In this document: piece after piece, positions 1 to 12,000 of the stretch
How positions within the stretch are numbered: the first letter of the stretch is position 1
Layout of the letters: every line of letters starts with the position of its first letter
Notes under the pieces: generated by a model
Database searches by the model: none
What the model was told of the DNA's origin: nothing
The model's input: the letters and a program-made list of their open reading frames with translations, nothing else
Assembly: GCF_037042905.1 (NCBI RefSeq)
Contig: NC_087251.1
Coordinates: forward strand, 21,514,001-21,578,000
Direction: 5' to 3'
Length of the DNA stretch: 64,000 nucleotides
DNA from: Lytechinus pictus
Taxonomy: Eukaryota
Translations under genes and position numbers: made by a program

Positions 1-37
1 CGATAGCCGACGAAGGGGAGAGAATTAACTTCTTTGA
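1..37 (+). CDS. SLC5-like exon (3' part; IADEGERINFF[D])
   Basis: Frame from position 3; phase-2 donor GA|gtgagt; GA plus C of the next exon gives Asp in the G-R-I-N-F-F-D motif. Confidence 0.85.
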
Positions 38-3000
38 GTGAGTACAATATCACGGATGTCGCCACCATACAGAAGCTGGGATAGTGATATTCACTTTTGT
101 ACGTAAATGGACGAGTGTAGGGTGGGGGTGTGAGGGTCTGTGGGTGTGCGTGTGTGTGAGAGAGAGAGAGAGAAAAGTGGATGGTTTGGGGGAGTGGATG
201 ACCGTGCACCTGTGAGTTGTGTATAAGTATGTATGGGCAGTACTGTGTATGGGTGTATATACATTATACGTATGTCTGTATTTGCAATGTGGTTTTGAGA
301 TTTTTTTGTGCGAGTGTGTGTCTGAGGGTGTGTGGGATGAATATGTTAGCTTGTTTCGGCAGGTATGACAGTTGCCAAAATGTTTCAAGATTTTCTTTTT
401 ACATCAATAGTCTATGTATAGAGAGTCTGACAAAGAAAACCCCGACGAGAATCTTAATCTAATTCGATTTCAAAGTCAATTTAAAAAAAATGAACTCAAG
501 CTATACGACAAACTTCGAGACAGTGAATATATCAGTAATAATCATGAGGAATTTAATGGTGATAATAAGAATATTAACAATAATAAAAACAGTAATGACA
601 ATTGTAATAAAAATAGAATATTCTTGTAAAAATGACCAAATTCTAGTTGGTTAAATGACAAGATCCTATTTTAATAACAAATATCTATCATTTTTATACA
701 AATTCTATTGAATTTTGTACATCAGATCTGTTAAAATTTAAGTGGATGGTTTTGAGAATGTCGGGGAAATAAATGTGTCATGATCATCGCGATAGAAAAT
801 AGTATAATCACTTTTCGCTTCTTTTGAGCGCAGCGCTTTGTATAACTAGAAGGAAAATGCGCCATGTCAAATGACTATTACATTGGATTGGATTGGATTG
901 GATGTATTCTAATCATGATAATATCGATTTCTGGTTGGGTTTTTTTTTCTTCAAATGTCACCTTCCTGTCAAGAACCCCCAATCTGAAATAAGTATGAAT
1001 CCCAGCATTTTTACGGTGACCTTACAAAGTCGACGAAGGTCACACAGGACGTGCAGAACGGCAATTACGTAAACTTTCTGTCCACCTCCGTGAGCATGAT
1101 GGGAGCATGATGGAAGTACGATGAAATAACAGATCATATTCATGCACAGCCATACACGAAAGAACGCCACATCATTCATGGCCTGATCTCAAATGTCACG
1201 ATGAAAATCTACTTGGTTATTGTTTACTCACACTCTAACGATTTCAATCGACGTCCTTCACGTCTTAGCAACAATGCCCCGTCCAAAGAGTCACTTGATT
1301 CTGTATTTAAAACGTGCATGGTTTCAGCATAGCGGGTTAACACCCAATTAAAAAGTTGCCCTTGGTTGCCATTCTTCTTGCACAGCAAGTCTTCTATTTC
1401 AAGGAGTTTTTCTCACTGATCGCTTACTTATATCTATTCCGAGTTTATCGCCCAATAAGCATAGAAAAATTGTGGGAAAGTAGCGTGTGTAAAACAAGTC
1501 GATAGTCAATAGTTTTGATTGCTTGCGACTGGATTTCTACATCGTTTGCTGAAAAACATCCTTTTATGCTGCTCTTTGTCTCGAAATAAGGCATTGAAAA
1601 GGGGGATCCAACCCAAGGTGAAATTTTATTTTAAAAAAAGATAACAGAAAATCAGATAAGCAGACCAGTGCAAGTTTAAACCGAATGTATTATGAAGGAT
1701 ATGTTACAGCAGTGATGGGGAACTGTAACGTCGCCCTTCAGAAAAACAATGAGAAAGTTAAGAATTATCAAATTTGTAAAAGTAAAAGTACTGTGGTGAT
1801 TTACCGGATATATGACGTCATGGTGATACAGGAACTGACCTATAGTTTTTATTATCATTATTATTAATTGTTGGGCTTCACTCATGCCTGGAAAGTAAAG
1901 CTTAAAGGTCAAGTCCACCTCAGAAAAATGTTGATTTGAATCAATAGAGAAAAATCAGACAAGCATTATGCTGAAAATTTCATCAAAATCGGATGTAAAA
2001 TAACAAAGTTATGACATTTTAAAGTTTCGCTTATTTTTCACAAAATAGTTCATGAACGAGTCAGTTATATGCAAATGAGAGAGTCGATGATGTCGCTCAC
2101 TCACTATTTCTTTTGTTTTTTATTGTTTGAATTATACAATATTTCATTTTTTACACATTTGACAATATGGACAAACTTGACTGAACCATAAAATGTTAAA
2201 CAATGGTAATTACACATGTTATGGGAGAAATAAAACTTTGTTTCACAGGACAATGGGGAGAAAATTAGAATATTTCGTAATTCGTATAATAAAATACAAA
2301 AGAAATAGTGAGTGAGTGATGTCATCAGTTCCCTCATTTGCATACCAACCGAGATGTGCATATAACTGTTTTGTGAAATGAAGCGAAACTTTAAAATGTC
2401 ATAACTTTCTTATTTTACATCCGATTTTGATGAAATTTTCAGCGTTATGCTTGCTGGATTTTTCTCTTTTTATTAAAATCAAGGTTTTGTTGGGGTGGAC
2501 TTGTCCTTTAAACACTGTGACCCATTCAAGGGTGGATCCAGCCTTCTCCATTTTTTTTTCAGCCACATTTTCCCCGAACGACCGCTCGAAGATGATTTTT
2601 GTTTGTTTCTTTGAAGGGGTAGACACTTCTAAGCTGTATTCTTACCATAAATATATGATAATCTCATAAGCCTATGCGAGCGCGAAGCGCGAGCTATTTT
2701 TTTTTTCATGTATTTTGTCCTAAAATTTTATTTAAACATTCTGGGCATTGTTTGTGATCCTAAACGAGATGTATATCCAACTAAATAAATACTGCGAGCG
2801 CGAGCAGAATTTTTTTATATATGTTTTGATCTGATCAAAAAGGGATCTGTTAACGGCTGCTTGCAGTAAGTCATGAAGACGTGACATATTTCAAAAATTA
2901 AATAATGCGAACGCGAAACGCGAGCTGAAATTTTTGACATTTCTACCTGAAGAATTGAAATTCTATGCACTTTTTGTTATCGTGAAAAGGATAAATACAT

Positions 3001-6000
3001 AACTAAACAATAATGCGAAGCGCGAGCAGAAAAATTCGAGATTTACACCTAAAGATGGGACACTCTATTCATGATTTGTAAATCATAAAAAGGATGAGTA
3101 ATTGGAAATCTTCCTACATTAATAATGCGAGCGCAAAGCGAGAGCATAATTTTTTTCATATTGTGATCTGAAATTATATAACTCAAACGAAGATTCTTGC
3201 CATCTGATTGGTTGAAAGGTGTTCAATATTTGGTCCATTCTTTACTGCGTGCATTTTGTAATTTTCCATTGCACGGTGACCGTGCATTTTTTATTTTTCC
3301 ATTGCACGGTACGCGCGCTAGCGCCCCCTCAGTATAATCATGTGTATGTCTACTTATTGTGTATGTGTGTGCAGTGGCGGATCCAGGGGGGTGGCGCAGG
3401 GGGCGCGCGCCCCCCCTAATATTTGAGCGGCGCCGAAGGCGCCGCTCAAAAAAAAAAAAGTAAAAGAAAGAAAAGGCGCTGCTTGAAAAAATAAAAATAA
3501 AGGAAAGAAAAGAAAAGGCGCCGCTTAAAAAAATTATACACTGATATAATATTAGCAACAGTAAGAAAAGACTATCCCCCAGCAAAGCACAATCATATCA
3601 TCTTCCTTATCATTTCTTTTAACTACCCTTTTCCCAACAATTTCGCCGGTTAAAAATAATCATTAGTGCGCTGCCTGCATATAACTGGCGCCAATCAAGA
3701 ATAATCAGCGCCACCTTAATCTAAATCGGCGCCGGACAAGAATAATCAGCGCCATTTGGTTATAAATCGGCGCCGGTACAGAAAAATCGACGCTGCCTGA
3801 GTTCTAAACCGGCGCCGATCAAAAATAATCAGCGCCACCTAAATCTAAATCGGGGCCGGACAAGAATAATCAGCGCAATCTGGTTATAAATCGGCGCTGC
3901 CAGAGTCTTAACCGGCGCCGATCAAGAATAATCAGCTCCACCTAAATCTAAATCGGCGCCGGGCAAGAATAAACGGCGCCATCTGGTTATAAATCGGCGC
4001 CGGTAAAGAAAAATCGGCGCTGCCTGAATTCGTAACCGGCGCCGATCAAGGATAATCAGCGCCACCTATATCTAAATCGGGGCTGGTCAAGAATAATCAG
4101 CGCCATCTGGTTATAAATCGGCGCCAGTCCAGAATAATCGGCGCCTCCTGGTTCTAAATCGGCGCCAGTCAATTATGAATTGCCACTGCCTGAATCTTAC
4201 GTGACGTCGGTAAAAATAATCAGCACTACTTGTTCTAAATCGGCGCCGGTCAAGAATAATCAGCGTCCCCTGGTTCCAATAAATAGGCGCCGGTAGAATA
4301 ATGAAGAAGGGCCTATTGCCAACCAAATCTAGATCGGCGCCGGACAAGAATAATCAGCACCACCTGGCTAAAAATCGGCGCCAGTCAAGAATAATCGGCG
4401 CCTCCTGGTTCTAAATCGGCGCCAGTCAATTATGAATTGCCACTGCCAGAATCTTACGTGACGTCGGTAAAAATAATCAGCACTACTTGTTCTAAATCGG
4501 CGCCGGTCAAGAATAATCAGCGTCTCCTGGTTCCAATAAATAGGCGCCGGTAGAATAATGAAGAAGGGCCTATTGCCAACCAAATCTAGATCGGCGCCGG
4601 TCAAGAATGATCAGCGGCACCTGGTTATACATTTTATTGTTGAATGGTCATAACAAAGCTTATCGCATGCCCTTACAGAGTGGACTTGGGCGGGGCAGTT
4701 GCCCACAGAATGACAGATGTCATGAAATCTTTAATTTATTTTAAAAATCCCAGCATCATACAAAAGCGTAGAGCAAATCCTTTAATTTGATCTTATTTTC
4801 CAATGCTTTAATAAAAAGAAGGTCAGTCACTTTTCTTCTTTACACATTCCACATTGTGCCACCTCTATGGCCTTTAGTTTAAGACAGCTTCTATAGTGTT
4901 TTATGAAGATGATTCGATATTTTAGCCCAAAACTATGCTACAACCCGTTGCTAGTACCGGGAGTGTATAATTACGCAAACATTCGTATATTGAGATTGAG
5001 CTACACAACTCGTTCTTTATTTAAAATCGTGCTTAAATTATCCGCTTCTCAGATTGGAATATACAAATTTTCAGCTCGCGCTTCGCGCTCGCATCATTTC
5101 TGTGGCAAAACCCCATACTTTTCATGATTAAATAGGTGAATAGAATGTCCCTTTTTCAGGACTAAACGTCAAAAGAACTCCCGCTTCGATTTGCAATAAT
5201 CTTTTGCTGGATAAAATCTTGTTCTTTATTACAAACGTCCATTAAACTGTCATTTTTTTCAGATCGAAATATCAAAATTTTAAGCTCGCGCTTCGCGCTC
5301 GCATCTATTGTCTTTTTAGATACCCATCTTAATCATTGGTACCAAAAATGCATAGAATATCAAGCTTTCTGGTCAGAATATAAAGAAATTTCAGTTCGTC
5401 CTCGGCACTCGCATTATCTGTGTAGTGAAATATGTATCCTCCTCATGAGTTACTACAAACAGTCCTAAACAGGCACCTTTTTCTTGTTTTCAGGTCAGTA
5501 TACTAAAAAATTTCAGCTCGCGCTTCGCGCTCGCATTAACTTGTGGGTGAGATATGTGTTTCTATCTCATGAGTCATATAAGTATATATATATATATATA
5601 TGCATATGTGTGTGTGTGTGTTTGTGTGAGTTTGTTTGTTTTGTGTGATATTGAGCGCCTTTGGAAAGTTGATTCATGATTTTGCCCCCCAAATCTTAAA
5701 AAAAGGATCGACGCCCCTGTGTATATATATATATATATATACATATAGTAAAAAAAACTTGTATCTCTATTAATATACAAAAGTATTGGCCTCATCGCAA
5801 TAAAAGGGTTATTACACGATATTTTGAAATCGCACATAACATGCATACTCTGTGCTTGTTTCTTTCTTTAATAAGTTTTTCAATCTCTCTCTATATATGT
5901 TTTAGAAAGATTGTATGTTTAGATTGATGTATATTTCTGTTATAATGAGATATGTTTAAGTGGACTTCAGGGAATTGTCGTTCGCAGCAAGGGGAAAGGG

Positions 6001-9000
6001 GGGGCACATTCGCGATCTGCTGTTGTGAAAAACGATTTTTTTTTTCATTAACATTTCATGAAAACTATGAAAAATGTGCAAATGTGAGATGTGCACCAAA
6101 TTTTCGAGTCTTGCCCCCCCCCCGGAAATATTATCTGCGTGTGGTCATGCAAAATGGCATGACTGGAAATCCTACATTTTGAAAAGAGCATTTGGTAGGG
6201 TCAGAGTTAACCCCCTTTTTCCACATTTTCTTTTATGGCGCCGGTGAAGTGCAAAAATATGTGCGCCGCTCGGCAGTGCGCCCCCCCTTTCGCCAAAAGC
6301 TGGATCCGCCTATGGTGTGTGTGTGTTTGCGCGCATGAAGTTAGCGCAGATCAATCTGACTGTGCGCACTCGACTCAGATCCATGAAGCAATACGCGACA
6401 CAAACATGAAAGCAAAGGGCTGATGAGCTGTCGATACATGGTGTTATCCACTGACTAGCAATTATCAGAGAAAAATTAGTTGCTAGAAATAGGCCAACCT
6501 AATTATTATCTTTTTTATTCCTTTTTTACATTTTTAAAAACTTTGTAACTTATATGAGTTATATAAAACAGATAATGAATGTAAATATTTGTGCAATGGA
6601 AAGAATATTTACATTCGATGAAAGATTAAAAGTTCCATTCAACTCGGCTAACGCCTCGTTGAATGGAACTTTACATCTTTCATCTCATGAAAATATTCTT
6701 CCCATTGCACGCATACACATTCATTATTTGTATATTATATAACTCAAACGAAGATTCTTGCCATCTGATTGGTTGAAAGGTGTTCAATATTTGGTCCATT
6801 CTTTACTGCGTGCATTTTGTAATTTTCCATTGCACGGTGACCGTGCATTTTTTATTTTTCCATTGCACGGTACGCGCGCTAGCGCCCCCTCAGTATAATC
6901 ATGTGTATGTCTACTTATTGTGTATGTGTGTGTGTGTGTTTGCGCGCATGAAGTTAGCGCAGATCAATCTGACTGTGCGCACTCGACTCAGATCCATGAA
7001 GCAATACGCGTCACAAACATGAAAGCAAAGGGCTGATGAGCTGTCGATACATGGTGTTATCCACTGACTAGCAATTATCAGAGAAAAATTAGTTGCTAGA
7101 AATAGGCCAACCTAATTATTATCTTTTTTATTCCTTTTTTACATTTTTAAAAACTTTGTAACTTATATGAGTTATATAAAACAGATAATGAATGTAAATA
7201 TTTGTGCAATGGAAAGAATATTTACATTCGATGAAAGATTAAAAGTTCCATTCAACTCGGCTAACGCCTCGTTGAATGGAACTTTACATCTTTCATCTCA
7301 TGAAAATATTCTTCCCATTGCACGCATACACATTCATTATTTGTATACTGGATAATGATTTAAATAGAAAACAAGCTGCGTATTTGAATAAACATAAGGT
7401 CTTTGAAACATGCGCGCGCGTTTCAGATTTCGACCTAGAATCTGGGCATTCTTAATACATTGTCTTATCATTAAATCAATAAGGCGAGCGCGAAGCGCGA
7501 GCTTAAAATATATGATATTCCGATCTGAAAATGGTCAATTTTTAAGCGCTGTATTTCAAGCACTTTGTTGGAAAATTGTGATGTGGATATGGATCACAGT
7601 TAAAAAATAGCTGATATGTTTTATTAATATCACTTTGAGTTTTGACATAATATAGGACCGGGACATTCTAAGAACTTTATGTCATTATATGAACATGATG
7701 GCTATCTCCCTATTTCTCTTCCCAAGCGCGAGATGAAACTTGTCGATATTCCATTCTGCAAAAGGGACAATTTCATTACTAAATTGATATATTATTTATT
7801 AATCTAATAAGCCTAATGAGAGCGCGAAATGTGTTAATATTGTGGCCTGAAAACTGGACATTTAAAGCACTTTTTTAATTATGAATAAGATGCATGAGTT
7901 AATATATTTTACAGGAAAATAATGGGTACCTGACAAATAAAATTTTGCGAGCGCGCAGCGCGAGCAGAAAATGTTAATATTCAGACCATGAAACAGAAAT
8001 TTAAAAAAATTGTAAATCAAACAAAAAAAATGAAAGTTTGATTTCCGAACTAAAATATGTTTGGTATATTGACTTAATAAAATTGTATATTCCAAGCTCC
8101 ATGTGAATCACCTAAAAGGCAATGCGAGCGCTAAGCGCGAGCGAAAATTTTAAATAGTGACATGAAAATTCTTTTATATTATTTTCCAAGCCTCCCCTCA
8201 TCTTGTTTTATTCACTTGTCTTCCTCCTCTTATGTTTCCCTTTTTCCTTTTTTTTCTTTCTTTCCCTTTTTTTGCGACGCCAATAGGGGGACCCGGGCCC
8301 CGCAGGGCCCCCCTGGATCCGCCTATGCATGTGACGTACTGGGGAGTGTTTCATCAACATTTTCATCCGACAAGTTGTCAGATCTGACATCTTTCTCTGA
8401 TGTTGATTGGCTGAGAGGTACTGTTACTATGGTAACTGTCGGATAAAATGGGACTTGTCGGATAAAACGTCCGACAAGTCCTTTCATGAAACGCTCCCCG
8501 GGTCTCGAGTCTCTATTTTTAAAAAATGGTTGATGGCGTACAAGTGTACCACTTACTCCACCTGGATACCCCCTCGTCTGTCATGCGTATAGTGCGGTAG
8601 GAAACCCGAAAAGGTGGAGACTTCTCTACATGGGAACTACGAGTAAAATTCACGTCTTATCCGTCCTATGGGGGGATGGGGCTAATTGGGACATTTGACC
8701 CTCAAAAGTTCCCCGACTTAACCGTATGGAATTCAAAACAAACTTTTGACGAAAAGATTACTGCAAATCAAAGCTGATGCGCCACCCTATATTGCCCAAC
8801 CAACATCTGGGCTGTCCAGGGATTTGTTTTATAGAATATTATTGAGCGGGGTCTTTAAGGGGAAATTCACTCTGACAAAAAGTTTATTATAAAGATAACA
8901 GAAAAATAATGAAAATTATCGCCGGAAGTTTGAGAAAAATTCATCAAAGAATGAAAAATTTCTTAGAATTTTAATTATTTGATTTGTGACGTTATTTGCG

Positions 9001-12000
9001 ATCAGCTTTTCCCCCATAACATTTTGGGGAAAAAATCAATGAAATTTAATTTTTTCAGAAAATTGAAAATTATTTTTACTCTACCTTCAATATATCACTG
9101 AAACGAAAACAAAAGTAAGTAATCACGAACCATTGAAAAATTGAGATTTATGAATTTATATTACATAACATTTGGGGCAGATCCAATACTTAAAATCCTA
9201 ATAACTTTCTTAATCTTTAATGGATTTTCCTCAAACCTTCTCCAATATTTTTAGTATCATTTTTTTTTTTTTTTTTTACAACAAACTCATGGTGAATTTC
9301 CCCTTTAAACTGATACTAGTGATAGACTGTCTGAGCAGACAGACTATACTCCTTTATACACGTTATAGAGAAAGGGCATTGTAGTAAAAAGGCACTGTCA
9401 CTGTATAAATTTAATGCTGGATTACAATAGTTTCAAACAGCCTTAGGTCTACTAGAACCTAGCATGTAGGTGTAAATTAACATGATCGGACCTTTTTAGT
9501 AAATCGAGGTCGGTCATTATCAATGAGTGTGATATAATTTTTGTGTCGTTCACCTAGTCCATGATGCAACACTAGGGAATTTCGCTCAGTGTCATACGGA
9601 GAATTCATGAACAGAGTAAATGTATTGCCAAATGCCCGACAAACAAAGTACAACTAAGAAATCTTTTTGAAAATTGGTTCGCCAGACCAGCGTTTCGTCC
9701 TACTTTCAGAATTGCAACTGTATCGTTTATCCGAAATCAGGGACAAAACTGTTGTTTCCATTCATCAAAATTCGACTAACAAACTCATTTGATTGGTACT
9801 TGCTAATACATTTACTCTGTTCAAGAATTTTGCGCACGACGCTGAGCGAAGACTCCCTCGTGTTGCATCATGGACTAGGTGAACGACCAGAAATTATATC
9901 ACACTCGTTGATAATGACCGACCTTGTGCATCTCGCTTTACTAAAAAGGTTTGACCGCCTAAATTTTCACACCTACTTGCTAGGTTCTAGTACAGACACA
10001 AAGGCTGTAGAAACTATTGAAATCCAGATTTGAACTTCCGCAGGATACAGTGGCCGTGCCTTTTCTACAATTCCCTTCCTTCATAACGAGTAGTCTATAG
10101 TAGTCCAACGAAAGTGATATACAGTGCGTATCAAAAAAAAATTTACACTTAGGAAAAATCTGTAAAATTATACATTTGTAATATCCTGAAGATTTTTCCA
10201 CATTTTATCATTGGTACAGATCCATTTAAGCATATGACGATATAACTGTCGAAAAATATTTCCGCTTGAGTGAGCACCACTTACTTTTGAAAAGTAGGTG
10301 AAAATGATTTGCGCAGAACTTTGAAATAGTTATGCGAATAAAAGCAGACCTTAATCATGAAGAACATGTAGAATTATCTAGTAAAATTGATTTGAAGATA
10401 TCTTATACCCCTTTTAACTTGTTTCCTTGCCCAAAACACTTCGAAGAGTGCATTGCGCCCCACCCAACTCCCCCACACACCGAGGCCATCGTGACGATAT
10501 TTGCTTTACATTGAGCTGTGATTTACATGAAATGGCTTAGGCTTGATTTTCATTTTGTTATTCATTGTCAAGCTCGGGAAAAGTGTGGAGAAACAAGTAT
10601 TAAATGAAAAATGAAATGTAAACCCACTTTAAATGATAAAAACTTAGTGAAAAATGATGGAGATGTCTGACATAAACTTTTTTCAGATTCAGTTATGTCT
10701 TCAGATCCAGCTGGCACAAAAAGGGTAAAGGTTGCGCCTATTAAGTGTTGAAATTTCAATTTGGGTGGCAAAATTGTTACAAAATACTTGAATGTATCCG
10801 TTTTATTTCAATTGACTAAAAGTGCAAGGGAAATGTATGAGAAATGTTCCGCAGGGTAAGTTTGATTTAGCCCTTTCCCTTTGACACAGCGTGAAAATGA
10901 GCATTTCTGCGCAAACAGATTTCTGCGAGCTTTACAAAAATGGACAGTGCTCACTCAAGTGTAACATTCTGTCAAAACTTTTACTTTCATTGGATAGATG
11001 AGACCCAAACCCAATATTATATGTGAAAAAATTACCCACATGTTGTATATTTTTAAATTCCCAGGGCTTTTTCAAAGTGTAAATTTTTTTTGATACGCAC
11101 TGTATAATGGGAATTACCCTAAATTGGGTAGAGCTTATACCAACTGGCACAAAATTAATTGTAAACCAAATGGGGTTAGTTGATGTTTAAATAGTGTCCA
11201 ACTGATCTCCTTGTGTAGTTACAGTATATTTCATGTACATGTATTTTGTCTTGGCGGTTCCAATGCATTGCGTGAGAACAGACTATAAATAGAATGATCT
11301 TAAAAGTTTAATACTAAAATATGCCGTCAATGTCAGACACACTTTGGTGAATTTGTGAAAATGGGCCCTGGAAACAATTTTTTTTTGTGTGTGAGGGGGT
11401 GCTGAAGTGAATTCGACACACAAAAAAGGTTTTTATTACTCTCATTTCTCTCTCTCTCTTCTTCTTCTCTCTCCCTCCTTCCCTTTGCTTATTTCTCTCT
11501 TTCTCAAACTTCTATTTATGAGATACATCTTTTAATTGGAGATAAGTTTTGACGTAGAATACTGTAATTACGTTTTTATTCATTTGCTTTGCTATATCTG
11601 TATATTCTACTTCATGAATTTTTGTAAATTGACCCTTTCAGCTTGTGCTGCTGGTCAATTTTTATGTGCATATATACCAATCAATAAATAAATAAATAAA
11701 TAAATAAAATGATAACAATGAAGGTGGTGTCGGTCCAGAGAAAGTTCATAATTTGGATGATAACACACCGCACGCAGCGGGAGTGCTGTGTGTATTGTTT
11801 TCCGTAAGCAGCACCCCCAAGAATTCTGGACGGTGTGACAAAATGGAGAAATGTATATTAATTTTTTTTTTTTTTGCTTGTCAAATTGACATCAGCACCC
11901 CAGTAAAAAAAATCGTTCCCAGGGCCATGAATGTGCAGTTACCAAAATATGCCTTAATAAAGTCTGCGTTGTTTCGATATTCGTTGTCTTTGTCTTATTC

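Larger units (their letters stand above)
3174..7347. mobile_element. Head-to-tail dimer of a 613-bp hairpin-ended element (copy 1: 3174-3371 plus 6315-6734; copy 2: 6735-7347)
   Basis: Near-identical direct copies (identical track ORFs at 6554 and 7167, and at 3219 and 6780); hairpin with arms of about 80 bp at the right end; no TIR or TSD. Confidence 0.8.
2527..8327. mobile_element. GGATCC-TIR non-autonomous element with periodic GCGAGCGCGAAGCGCGAGC subrepeats; host of nested insertions
   Basis: CAAGGGTGGATCCAG...CTGGATCCGCCTATG; the subrepeat series runs 2670-3170 and resumes at 7350-8150; TSD not evident. Confidence 0.6.

Noticed and set aside
1902-2511. TTAA-flanked MITEs as piggyBac
   Set aside because: Termini begin AGG/GGG rather than the CC typical of piggyBac, which fits Kolobok/T2
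9680-9715. CTGAAAGTAGGACGAAACGC on - as a hammerhead
   Set aside because: First box incomplete and no partner strand for stem II
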